Shown: positions 1-8,727 of the stretch, in pieces
How the letters are laid out: every line of letters starts with the position of its first letter
Numbering within the stretch: the stretch's first letter is position 1
From: an uncultured Eubacteriales bacterium
GTDB lineage: Bacteria > Bacillota > Clostridia > Christensenellales > CAG-314
DNA length: 64,000 nt
Assembly: GCA_900544545.1 (NCBI GenBank)
Contig: UQVY01000003.1
Span: 10,862-74,861, forward strand
Reading direction: 5' to 3'
The notes under the pieces: generated by a model
What the model was told of the DNA's origin: nothing
The model's database searches: none
The model's input: the letters and a program-made list of their open reading frames with translations, nothing else
Position numbers and translations under genes: made by a program

Positions 1-1467
1 TATGCGGTGAGAGGAAACGACAGGATTTCGGCGAAGGACGCTCTTTCGGCGGATAACGCCCTTACTCTTATAGAAGTCGATTTCAGCGCGTCGCGGTGGG
101 ATATTTTCGTCGGGCAGGCTGCTTTTTCCGATAAGAACGAGAGTGTCGCGATCTTTTCCGCGGAATACTCCTCTCCCTCGCGGAATCTCCGTCTGCTGCG
201 GTCTTTTACCGACAAAGTAGCCCTTTTCGTCAACGGTAAGGAGGCTTCGGTTTCGGGCGAAGAGCTTTTTGCGGTGATTGAAGGCGTCGGCGAAGTTTCC
301 GTCCGCGGCGAGCTTGCCTTTTTCGATAAACTCGGGATAAGTTCCCGTCTTTCCGAGGGTTACGGAATAACACGGATACGCACCGAGGTCGAAGGTATCG
401 AAAATTACGGAAAGGACCACCGAAAACAGGGCTACGTTTTTGAAGAAAATCTCGTTATCCGCACCAATCGCGACGAAAATACGGCTGTTCTCGGTTTCGG
501 CGAGATAAAAATCAACCTTTTCGTAACTGTCGAGAAGCTCGTTCGTCTTGAGGTAACGAGCGCGGGCGTTACGATAAATTACGGAGAAATCGATGACAGC
601 GAGGACGGAGTTTTGTTTCTTGCGAAGAACTATCCCGCCGTTCTGACTGCGGTTGTAACGGGCGGATTCGATTTCAGCGGACTTTACTATAACGGAAAGC
701 GGCTCGAAAACGTAGCTTCCGCCGGCGAGGATTTCAGGTGCGTTCTTACTCCCGACGAGGACGGATTCATCGACGTAATCGGTTTCGCGGGTACGGTAAC
801 TCTCACGGTCGACGCGGCGGACGAGGTTTCGATTTCGGAGGGCGGGAAGGAAATGCTCGGCGAATACGAATTTCAACGCTATACGCGGCTTATCCTCACG
901 CTTACCGCCGCCGAAGGTTACGACGGGATTCCCGTGCTTACCGGCGAAAACGGAAAGCTTCTCGATGTCGGAAGGCGTGCGAGCGGAGAATACGTTATCG
1001 TCCTCACCGAAAATATGACTCTTTCGGCTTACGCGTCGGTCAGAACCTTTGCGATAAGCTACGACCTTTCGGGCGGCTCCTACGAAAGCGGCTCCAACCC
1101 CTCGTTTATCACCTATTTCGACGAGGCGGAGCTGATTTCTCCCGTAAAGAAGGGCTATACTTTTCTCGGCTGGCGGATAGTCGGTTCGGAGGATTACGTT
1201 TCGAAGCTTTCGGGCGTGAAAAACGACCTCTATCTCGTGGCTGTTTTCGAGAAAAATCCCGACAATCCCGACAATCCCAACAATCCCGACGATCCGAATA
1301 ATCCCGACGACAATCAAGGCTGCGGAGGCTGCGGCGGCTGTAACGGCTGCGGAAGCTGCGGAAACGAGCTTTCGGGAGCGACGATTCTTCCGTCGGTTGC
1401 GGCTGTTCTGCTGCTCGTCGCGCCCTCTCGGCGCAAAAAAGACGATTCCGACGATAAGTCCGAATAG
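1..1467 (+). CDS. Cell-surface protein, 5' end outside window; Listeria-Bacteroides-type (Flg_new-like) repeat, NPD linker, Cys/Gly tract, hydrophobic C-terminal anchor
   Basis: The frame is open from nt 1; GTG at 7 is only the first in-window start. GYTFLGWRIVG...DLYLVAVFEKN repeat signature. PDNPDNPNNPDDPNNPDD linker, then GCGGCGGCNGCGSCG, then ILPSVAAVLLLVAPSRRKK. Stop TAG at 1465-1467. Confidence 0.7.
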   Translation, partial: YAVRGNDRISAKDALSADNALTLIEVDFSASRWDIFVGQAAFSDKNESVAIFSAEYSSPSRNLRLLRSFTDKVALFVNGKEASVSGEELFAVIEGVGEVSVRGELAFFDKLGISSRLSEGYGITRIRTEVEGIENYGKDHRKQGYVFEENLVIRTNRDENTAVLGFGEIKINLFVTVEKLVRLEVTSAGVTINYGEIDDSEDGVLFLAKNYPAVLTAVVTGGFDFSGLYYNGKRLENVASAGEDFRCVLTPDEDGFIDVIGFAGTVTLTVDAADEVSISEGGKEMLGEYEFQRYTRLILTLTAAEGYDGIPVLTGENGKLLDVGRRASGEYVIVLTENMTLSAYASVRTFAISYDLSGGSYESGSNPSFITYFDEAELISPVKKGYTFLGWRIVGSEDYVSKLSGVKNDLYLVAVFEKNPDNPDNPNNPDDPNNPDDNQGCGGCGGCNGCGSCGNELSGATILPSVAAVLLLVAPSRRKKDDSDDKSE

Positions 1468-1656
1468 CCCGTTCCCCGTCCCGCTTTCGAAATCTCTCCG
1501 ACGGGCGAATCGCAAGTGTGAAATCCAAAGTGATAACTTTGTGATATAAAAACACAAAACTGCCAACTTGCTTTACAGTATTAAAAATCAAAAGCAAAAT
1601 TTTGCGAAAAGAAGGTGATTTTTTATAAAAAATTGACAAAAATAGCAAATTTGTCG

Positions 1657-1685
1657 TTGACAGAATGTATTTTTTATGGTAGAAT
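1657..1685 (+). promoter_or_regulatory. Sigma-A-type promoter for the 1782 lipoprotein gene
   Basis: TTGACA (1657-1662), 17-nt spacer, TGg-TAGAAT (extended -10, 1680-1685). Confidence 0.6.
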
Positions 1686-1781
1686 TATGGCAAGAAAAGG
1701 CAAACGGAGCGTAATAAAGTGAAAATTCAGACAAATCCGTTTTTCACGAAGCGTTTGTCCGTGCCGATAGGAGGAAAATTT

Positions 1782-2870
1782 ATGAATAAGAAAGCATTGT
1801 TTATGTGTCTTGCCGTCGCGCTCATTCTGTGTGCGGGAACGATGGTGATGGTTGCCTGCGGAAATCGGGTTGACGAAAGAGATCTTGCTTACGTTACGAT
1901 GAGCATCAACCCGTCCATCGAGCTTGTAGTCAACGGTAAGAACGAGGTTCTTGCGATCAACGGAACCAACGACGACGGTAAGATTCTTCTTCAGGACGAA
2001 GATCTCGTCGGAAAGGATCTCGATCTGGTTACGGTGAGGATTGCCGACCTTCTCGTAGAGCTTAAATACGTTACGGAAGAGAACGGCGAAGACAAGACTC
2101 TTCAGCTCAACGTATCCACCGGCAACGCTCAGTTCGAAGCCAATATCGAAAAGAGTTTCGACAAGGCTATGAAGAAGCTTAAGGATACTTATAACGTTAC
2201 CGTAGAAAAGGTTCAGAAGCTTACTCACGACCAGCTCGTAAAGCTTGCGCTCAAGGCTCATCCCGAAAAGACGCAGGAAGAGCTTGAGGCTATGACCGAT
2301 AAGGAGCTCGTTACTCTCCTTCAGGTCGATGTACTCGAAAGGGCTCATTTCGCTCTCGTATCCATCGAAGAAGAGTACTACAAGTTCAAGGATATGGAAT
2401 TCAAGTTCCGTTATTACGAAGAAATCAAGACGGCTATCTCCGCAATCGACGATATCGCTCTTCAGGCGAAGAAACTTGCCTTCAACGTAGCTATGGGAAC
2501 TCTCGAAGCGAGCGTAAACACTCTCCGCGCTTTCGAAGAACAGTTCCTCGATAAGGTCTGCGACTCGGTAGTAATAATCGTCGGCGGCGTCAACTGGTCG
2601 GAAGAAGTAGTTTCGGCTATCAAGGAAAAGATTGACGAAATCATCGTCGAGATAAACAAGACCTACGCCAAGCTTGACGAATATCAGAAGGAACTCTGCA
2701 AGAACATCGACGTAGACGCTCTTCTCAGGCAGGTCGAACAGGATATAACCGACGCGAAGAACGGTATTCTTGCTCAGTACGAAGAAAGATTCCTTGCCGC
2801 TATACAGAAGGCGGATCAGAAGGTTTCCGACGCTAAGAAGGCTCTTCTCGAAGGTCAGAAGGCTGCTTAA
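1782..2870 (+). CDS. Lipoprotein, K/E/L-rich helical (coiled-coil-like), unknown function
   Basis: GGAGG lies 7 nt upstream of ATG 1782. Signal peptide with lipobox MVMVAC-GN. The upstream part of the listed ORF (1719) lacks an RBS. Confidence 0.75.
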   Translation: MNKKALFMCLAVALILCAGTMVMVACGNRVDERDLAYVTMSINPSIELVVNGKNEVLAINGTNDDGKILLQDEDLVGKDLDLVTVRIADLLVELKYVTEENGEDKTLQLNVSTGNAQFEANIEKSFDKAMKKLKDTYNVTVEKVQKLTHDQLVKLALKAHPEKTQEELEAMTDKELVTLLQVDVLERAHFALVSIEEEYYKFKDMEFKFRYYEEIKTAISAIDDIALQAKKLAFNVAMGTLEASVNTLRAFEEQFLDKVCDSVVIIVGGVNWSEEVVSAIKEKIDEIIVEINKTYAKLDEYQKELCKNIDVDALLRQVEQDITDAKNGILAQYEERFLAAIQKADQKVSDAKKALLEGQKAA

Positions 2871-2958
2871 CTGAAAATAAACGGGCAGCTTAACGAAGGA
2901 TAAATCCGATAAATTCAAGAACTTATATCCGTAATATAAGTTACGTTATTCCTATAAA

Positions 2959-2986
2959 AGACCGGTGTACCCACATCGGTCTTTTT
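2959..2986 (+). terminator. Rho-independent terminator after the lipoprotein gene
   Basis: agaccggtgt / acatcggtct form a 10-bp stem (one G-U pair) with loop accc, followed by TTTTT. A second hairpin agccttttt-gt-aaaaaggct follows immediately. Confidence 0.65.
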
Positions 2987-3148
2987 CCAGCCTTTTTGTA
3001 AAAAGGCTTCGGCGAAAAACACCGATAGCTTCGCCCGACCATAGAAATTCTCTCTTTATAGAAAACAGATTCGCCCGAACTTCACGATTTGGTCGTTTGA
3101 AAGTAAATTCGGCGAACGACTTTTCCTACGAAGAAGAATCTGAGATTC

Positions 3149-3364
3149 CGCGAAGCTAATGGGTCCAGCGTCACGCTATGCGGTCTGCCAATTCGGATTT
3201 TCGGAATTATTTAGACGTCGCGAAGCTAATGGGTCCGGCGTCACGCTGGTTCTCGAAAGAAAGTGGAAGTGTCACGCCGAGCGGTCTGCTAATTCGGATT
3301 TCCGGAATTATTTGGACGTCGCGAAGCTAATGGGTCCGGCGTCACGCTGGTTCTCGAAAGAAAG
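3149..3364. repeat. Composite tandem repeat directly upstream of a consensus promoter
   Basis: The 29-nt unit cgcgaagctaatgggtccRgcgtcacgct occurs at 3149, 3219 and 3320. An 83-nt block at 3181-3263 is repeated at 3282-3364 with 3 mismatches (period 101 bp). Confidence 0.9.
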
Positions 3365-3372
3365 CGTGCCGG

Positions 3373-3401
3373 TTGACAAAAGGAGGAAGATATACTATAA
3401 T
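3373..3401 (+). promoter_or_regulatory. Perfect-consensus sigma-A promoter for the 3444 surface protein gene
   Basis: TTGACA (3373-3378), 17 nt, TATAAT (3396-3401); about 40 nt upstream of ATG 3444. Confidence 0.75.
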
Positions 3402-3443
3402 AAAATAACACGACAGAATAAAAAACATCGCGAGGTGGCGCAA

Positions 3444-6014
3444 ATGAAAAGGGCGATATTGATAATACTGATGATTTCGGCTGTTCTGAGTTTAGCCGCG
3501 TGCAACGGAGAATTCAGGGTTACCGTAACCGCGGGCGAAGGCGGGAGTGTAACGGGCGGCGGCGTATTCAACGGCGGCGATCTTGCGACGGTTCGGGCTT
3601 TTCCCGACGATAACGCGATATTCGTTGGCTGGTATTCCGGGGACGATTTGGTAAGCGGGCAATCCGAGTACACGTTCATAGTCGAAGGCAATCTCAATCT
3701 TCGCGCGGTTTTCAGCAAGCGTGCGGTTCTGGTTCTTGATTCGGATTTGACCGAACCCTACGGAGCGGGCGAATACGTTTCGGGCGCGAGGGTTACGGTT
3801 TATACGGCCGTTCCCGAGCATTACGAATTTCTTGGCTGGTACGAAGGAGAGGCGTTGGTTTCCGGTGATGCGGAATTCTCGTTCGTTCTCGATTCGGACA
3901 GGCGTTTCGAGGCTCGTTTCGTTGCGATAAGGTACGGTTTTTCGGTTGAAAGCACGGACGGCGGAGAGGTTGAAGGGGATTTTTCGGGAAGCTGCGTGTT
4001 CGGCGACGAAGTAAATCTCCGCGCTGTGAGCCACGAGGGTTTCCGATTTGCGGGCTGGTTCGAAAACGGAGTATTCTTTTCGGATAAGGAGGAGATAACC
4101 TATACGGTCAGGGGCGAAACCAGGCTTCTCGCTCGTTTTGCGAAGGGCTACGTGCTTACGGTGATTGCGGGCGAAGGAATAACGACCAATATCGACGAGC
4201 TTACGACCTACGAAGGCGACGATATAAGGCTCGAAGCCGCTTTGGACGGCGGTTATACGTTTCTGGGCTGGAGAGTCGGAGGACGGACGGTTTCGGCGGA
4301 TACGGTCTACGAATTCGTGATGCCCGCCGCCGATCTGACGGTATACGCTCTTTGCCGCGACGAATTTTCGGGCTACACGAGCGTGCGGACCGCCGAGGAG
4401 TTGTCTGCGATAAGGAACGAGCCGAGCGGAAGTTACGTTCTGAGGCGGAATATCGACCTTTCGGATTATGAATGGACGCCGATATGCGGAGGAGCGGTCG
4501 GATTTTCGGGTGTTTTAGAGGGTGCGGGCTGCGTTATAACGGGGCTTTCGGCTGAGGGCGACTGCGGTTATATCGGCGGCTACAAGCATACTCTCGAGCT
4601 TGGTCTTTTCGGTTTCGTAAGCGGCGGCGAAATAAGAAATCTTACGATTCGCGCCTCTTTCGACGTAACTCCCGATTCTGCCGCGTTTACGACGGTCTAT
4701 GCGGGCGCGTTTTTCGGGAGAGCCGAAGCTCTCACGGCGTCCGGTCTTACAGCCGAGTGTGCAATACGGATTAACTCCGACGGAAAGCTGCTTTATGCGG
4801 GCGGAATAGGCGGGCTCGTATCCGAGGGTTCGGTTCTGAGCGACTTGAAGGTCGAAGGGAGCGAAATCGACTGTATTTCGGGCGGCGCGGCCTTCGTCGG
4901 GGGGATTTTCGGCGGACTCAAAGCCTCCGAGATGACGGGATTTTCGGCGGAATCTTCGGTTTCGGCTCGCTCGGGCAGCGGTAGCGGCTACGTCGGCGGA
5001 GTCGTCGGATACAGCTGCGGACTGATAAGCCGAGGCGATTTCGTCGGAAACGTGAAGGCTCTTTCGCCCGAAGGAGTTTCGCCTCTTTACGCCGGCGGAA
5101 TAGTCGGCTGTGCGAATTTCACCGAGGTTTCGGGAAAGGTAACTTTCGGGAGCCGCGGCTATGCGGAGAACTGCCGTTCCGAAGGAAAAGTGGAGGCCGA
5201 GAGCGGTAAAAGGCCGGTGGTTTCGGGCGGAATAATCGGAGCCGCGATAGGAGCCGTGAAGGTTTTGCGGAGCCGATCGGACGGGGAGATAACGGCTGCA
5301 AGCGGAGGAAGCTATGCCTACGCCGGCGGAATAATCGGACAGACGGTCTTTGCGGACGGAGCGATGAGCGTAGAGGGCTGCGTCGCGCGCGGAAGCGTGA
5401 ATTCTTCCGGGAAGGCCTCTTCGGGCGCGGAAACTCTCGTTTCGGTTGCGGGCGGAATAGTCGGTTACGCCGTTTCCGTCAGCGTAAAGAGGTCGTATTC
5501 TTTTGCGGATATATCCGCGGAAAGCTCTTTGGGGATAGTTTCGGCAGGCGGTCTTTTGGGTGCCGCCGTTTCCTACGAATCCTCGGTTCTGCTCGAAGAA
5601 AGCTATTCCGCGGCGGGTAAGATTTCCGTTTCGGGCGCGCCGATAAAGGTTTACGCGGGCGGGCTTGTCGGTTATCTCCGGAAGGGAGTGAAGCTCTCCG
5701 CTTGTTTTTCTCACGTTTATTCTTACGAAGTCGCGATAAGTCCCGCCGATTCTTTTATCGGCTGCTTTGTCGGCAATCTCGTCGGCGACTCGGCTGAGAG
5801 CGATTATTCCGAAAACTGCGCCGCTTATAAGCTTCCCGAGGTTTCGATAAAGGTCGGCGAAGACTCTCTCGATTTGAATGAAAACGAAGGAGCCGCGCTT
5901 TTCGATGTCCTTTCGGTCGATTTTCTCGAAAGCAATCTCGGTTGGAGCGAAACGGTCTGGGATTTCTCGGCGATAAGCCAAGGCGGTTTCCCCGTTTTAA
6001 GGGAAGCCGAGTAA
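3444..6014 (+). CDS. Large surface lipoprotein: four InlB-B-repeat-like modules followed by GLUG-type Gly-rich repeats
   Basis: Signal peptide with lipobox LSLAAC-NG starts at ATG 3444. Modules end in FVGWY, FLGWY, FAGWF and FLGWR. The C-terminal half has iterated YAGGIGG, YVGGVVG, YAGGIVG and YAGGLVG motifs. The listed ORF start 3159 only reads through the upstream repeat. Confidence 0.8.
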   Translation: MKRAILIILMISAVLSLAACNGEFRVTVTAGEGGSVTGGGVFNGGDLATVRAFPDDNAIFVGWYSGDDLVSGQSEYTFIVEGNLNLRAVFSKRAVLVLDSDLTEPYGAGEYVSGARVTVYTAVPEHYEFLGWYEGEALVSGDAEFSFVLDSDRRFEARFVAIRYGFSVESTDGGEVEGDFSGSCVFGDEVNLRAVSHEGFRFAGWFENGVFFSDKEEITYTVRGETRLLARFAKGYVLTVIAGEGITTNIDELTTYEGDDIRLEAALDGGYTFLGWRVGGRTVSADTVYEFVMPAADLTVYALCRDEFSGYTSVRTAEELSAIRNEPSGSYVLRRNIDLSDYEWTPICGGAVGFSGVLEGAGCVITGLSAEGDCGYIGGYKHTLELGLFGFVSGGEIRNLTIRASFDVTPDSAAFTTVYAGAFFGRAEALTASGLTAECAIRINSDGKLLYAGGIGGLVSEGSVLSDLKVEGSEIDCISGGAAFVGGIFGGLKASEMTGFSAESSVSARSGSGSGYVGGVVGYSCGLISRGDFVGNVKALSPEGVSPLYAGGIVGCANFTEVSGKVTFGSRGYAENCRSEGKVEAESGKRPVVSGGIIGAAIGAVKVLRSRSDGEITAASGGSYAYAGGIIGQTVFADGAMSVEGCVARGSVNSSGKASSGAETLVSVAGGIVGYAVSVSVKRSYSFADISAESSLGIVSAGGLLGAAVSYESSVLLEESYSAAGKISVSGAPIKVYAGGLVGYLRKGVKLSACFSHVYSYEVAISPADSFIGCFVGNLVGDSAESDYSENCAAYKLPEVSIKVGEDSLDLNENEGAALFDVLSVDFLESNLGWSETVWDFSAISQGGFPVLREAE

Positions 6015-6024
6015 ATCGAAATAT

Positions 6025-6158
6025 CCCCGATTCTTATAAGTCGAACTCCCCCCCGATTCTCATAAGTCGAACTTCCAGTAATTTTCCCCCTGATTTTCGT
6101 TCCGATTCCGAAAAATCCGAGTAATTCTCCCGCGGATTTTCATTCCGATTCCGAAAAA
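6025..6158. repeat. Two adjacent 2-copy degenerate tandem duplications in the 3' spacer
   Basis: ccccgattctYataagtcgaact at 6025 and 6051 (period 26). A 39-nt unit agtaatt..gattttcRttccgattccgaaaaa at 6077 and 6120 (period 43). Confidence 0.85.
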
Positions 6159-6223
6159 AGAGCGAGAAAATCCGTTCCGATTCTCGGAAAGAGGAAAATA
6201 TCGGTAAAAAAAGCCCTATTGCC

Positions 6224-6252
6224 TTGCAATCGCGTGAGAAAAGTAGTATAAT
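6224..6252 (+). promoter_or_regulatory. Sigma-A-type promoter for ppiB-maf
   Basis: TTGCAA, 17 nt, TATAAT (6247-6252). Confidence 0.6.
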
Positions 6253-6328
6253 TGACTAAATGCGGAAGTGTACTTCTTCCGCGCGCCGCGAAATTTGCGG
6301 AAATGAAAATCAGGAGCAAAATAACAGA

Positions 6329-6865
6329 ATGTTCAATATCAACGAAAAGCGCAATCCGTTAGTAACCGTAACAATGAAAAACGGCGGAACCGTCGTAATC
6401 GAGCTTTATCCCGAAATCGCGCCCAATACCGTCAACAACTTTCTTTCTCTGGTAAACAAAGGCTTTTACAACGGTCTGAAGTTCCACAGAGTAATAAGAG
6501 GCTTTATGATACAGGGCGGCGATCCTATGGGAACGGGCATAGGGGGCTGCGGATACCGGATAAGGGGAGAATTCGGAATGAACGGATTCGACAACAGGCT
6601 TCGTCATACCGCCGGCGTTATAAGTATGGCGAGAACGGCTATGCCCGACAGTGCGGGCAGTCAGTTTTTCATTATGCACGAGGACGCGCCTCATCTTGAC
6701 GGAGCGTACGCTGCGTTCGGAAAGGTAATCGAAGGAATGGACGTAATCGACGCGATAGCCTGCGTCCCCACGGGAAGGAACGATATGCCTCTCGAGGATC
6801 AGGTAATGACCGTCGTAACGGCGGAAACCTTCGGGATCGACTATCCCGAGCCGGAGAAACTTTAA
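6329..6865 (+). CDS. ppiB: Peptidyl-prolyl cis-trans isomerase, cyclophilin type
   Basis: FHRVIRGFMIQGGDP and SMARTAMPDSAGSQFFI cyclophilin signatures. AGGAG lies upstream of ATG 6329. Confidence 0.9.
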   Translation: MFNINEKRNPLVTVTMKNGGTVVIELYPEIAPNTVNNFLSLVNKGFYNGLKFHRVIRGFMIQGGDPMGTGIGGCGYRIRGEFGMNGFDNRLRHTAGVISMARTAMPDSAGSQFFIMHEDAPHLDGAYAAFGKVIEGMDVIDAIACVPTGRNDMPLEDQVMTVVTAETFGIDYPEPEKL

Positions 6866-7431
6866 TGAAGGTGATTCTCGGTTCGCTTTCTCCTCGGCGG
6901 AGGGAGCTTATAGGGAAGGTAATCCGCGTTGACGAAACGATAGCCTCGAAGGCGGACGAGCATTGCGGCGAATCCCGACCCGAACTTGCGGTGAAGGAGG
7001 TCGCTTTGCAGAAGATGGGTTATTTCTGCGGAAAGGAATACGACGACGCCTTGATTATAACGGCGGATACGATAGTTTATTTCGGCGGGAGGATTCTCGG
7101 GAAGCCGCATTCTCGGGAGGAAGCCGAAGTTATGCTCGGCGGGCTTTCGGGGAATACGCATACGGTCTATACGGGCGTATGTCTGAAGAGGGGCGACGAG
7201 GTCCGTACTTTCGTCGAAACGAGCGAAGTGACCTTCCGCGTTCTTTCGGAGAAGGAGATTTCGGATTATATAGATACGGGTTCGCCCTTCGATAAAGCGG
7301 GCGGTTACGGAGTGCAGGACAGCGGTTTCGTCGAGAGGATTGACGGGAGCTACGACAACGTAATGGGGCTTCCGACCGAAAGGCTCGGCTCGGAGCTTAA
7401 AACCTTCCTCGAAGAATCCGAAAGCGAATAA
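6865..7431 (+). CDS. maf: Maf-like nucleoside triphosphate pyrophosphatase / septum formation protein
   Basis: ILGSLSPRRRELI at the N-terminus and DKAGGYGVQ with DNVMGLP at the C-terminus. Start overlaps the ppiB stop (TAATG). Confidence 0.9.
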   Translation: MKVILGSLSPRRRELIGKVIRVDETIASKADEHCGESRPELAVKEVALQKMGYFCGKEYDDALIITADTIVYFGGRILGKPHSREEAEVMLGGLSGNTHTVYTGVCLKRGDEVRTFVETSEVTFRVLSEKEISDYIDTGSPFDKAGGYGVQDSGFVERIDGSYDNVMGLPTERLGSELKTFLEESESE

Positions 7432-7590
7432 TCGGATTTTCCATAAAGATTCTTGAAACGAAAAACGAGCCTTCTTTTTGAGAATCGCAGCTTAGACTTT
7501 CCTCGGAGAATCGTAGTCCGATATTTTCCCGAATAGTCTGGAAACGAACGATAAGACTTTCCCTGAAGAATCCGAAAGGCAATAATCCGA
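7401..7590. repeat. Degenerate copies of the maf 3' end in the downstream spacer
   Basis: acYttccYYgRagaatc(c)g occurs at 7401 (coding), 7495 and 7556. The 30-nt maf terminus including the stop (7407-7436) recurs at 7561-7590 with 25/30 identity. Confidence 0.8.
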
Positions 7591-7755
7591 GCCAAGGCTC
7601 TTTGAAGGTGCGGAAATCTACCGACGAGCTTTCTCTTTGAGAACGGAAAAAGCAATGAAAACGCGTTTGCAGACTTGTTTGAAAACGGCTGCGGATAGAG
7701 CGATACTGCCGCCGGAATGCAGAAGGCGGCTGACTGAACTGAAATTTGGTGTATT

Positions 7756-8727
7756 ATGAGATCATACGAACTTGCAGTCGATTTAGGCGCGGACAGTATA
7801 AGAGTTGCGCTTTCCGGGGCGTCGGTACCGGCGGTCGAGCCGTCGATAGTCGCGCAGCCCTTGGGGAGCGAAAGTATTCTCTGCGGAGCGGAAGCGGCTC
7901 GAGCTTTTGCGGCGCACAGGCAGAATTACAGATTCATACGTCCGGTAGCCGGCGGGGTGATTGCGGACGAAAGGAACGCGGTGCGGCTGGTCAACGCCGT
8001 TTGCCGCCGATATCTTTCGCAGGCGAGCCGCGAGCCGGAGATTATGGCGACGGTAGCTCTTATGAACGGGATCGACCACGACGAAGTCGCGCGGTACGAG
8101 CGGGTTTTTGCCGAAGCGGGAATTCAGCCGATAAGGTTTGCGGAGAGCGGGCTTGCGGCGTTCGGAGCGATTTCGGAGCAATTCGGAGTACAGAGCGGAA
8201 TGGTTGTGGACATAGGCAGGGACAAGACCGAGATAACCGCGGTTCACGACGGAGCGGCGGTTGACGGCTGCAGTCTTTTCGTCGGCGGAAAGCATATAGA
8301 CTCTGCCGTTCGGGAAGTGGTTTTCGGTAATTTCGGAATATCGGTTACGACGGAGCAGGCGGAGGACATAAAGAAAAGGTGCGTAAGCCTCGATAAGAAG
8401 GACGCTTCGAGCATAATAATTTCCGGGGTGTCCGCTAAGAAAAACGAGCCCGTTTCGACGCGGGTAAGCGCGCGCGACTTTTTTGAAGGAGTCTGCTCGG
8501 TTACGGAGCTTATCGTGCTTGCGGTCAACAGTCTTTTCAATTCATTGAAGGGCGAGGCTTTCGGGCAGATAAGGAATTCGGGCGTATTTTTAACGGGCGG
8601 TTGCGCCAACATTTACGGTATAGGCGAGTTTTTCTGCGATTGTCTTAACGTTCCGTCGAGGGTAGCTGATAAACCCGAGTCGGCGGTAATACGCGGATTG
8701 ACCCGAACGAAAGGAGGCAGGTTTTGA
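7756..8727 (+). CDS. MreB/actin-family protein with degenerate nucleotide-binding motifs
   Basis: Collinear with MreB: VDLGADSIRV, EPSIVA, IRPVAGGVIAD, VDIGRDKTEITAV, LTGGCANIYG, AVIRGL. No obvious RBS. Confidence 0.6.
   Translation: MRSYELAVDLGADSIRVALSGASVPAVEPSIVAQPLGSESILCGAEAARAFAAHRQNYRFIRPVAGGVIADERNAVRLVNAVCRRYLSQASREPEIMATVALMNGIDHDEVARYERVFAEAGIQPIRFAESGLAAFGAISEQFGVQSGMVVDIGRDKTEITAVHDGAAVDGCSLFVGGKHIDSAVREVVFGNFGISVTTEQAEDIKKRCVSLDKKDASSIIISGVSAKKNEPVSTRVSARDFFEGVCSVTELIVLAVNSLFNSLKGEAFGQIRNSGVFLTGGCANIYGIGEFFCDCLNVPSRVADKPESAVIRGLTRTKGGRF

Noticed and set aside
738-1301. Arg-rich alternative-frame ORFs inside real genes (for example 738-1301, 6963-7295, 7746-8264, 9053-9646, 13855-14274, 29331-29813, 39866-40252, 51154-51738)
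   Set aside because: These are same-strand off-frame readings of GA/CG-rich codons that give R/G/S-rich junk. They overlap well-supported CDS and have no RBS or motifs.
3149-3364. CRISPR-like reading of the 29-nt repeat occurring three times
   Set aside because: The 'spacers' are themselves repeated (units B and C). There are only three copies and the spacing is irregular (70 and 101 bp). No cas genes are in the window.
3159-3443. N-terminal 95 codons of the listed 951-aa ORF
   Set aside because: This part reads through the tandem repeat and through the consensus promoter at 3373-3401. The true start is ATG 3444, which begins a signal peptide and lipobox.
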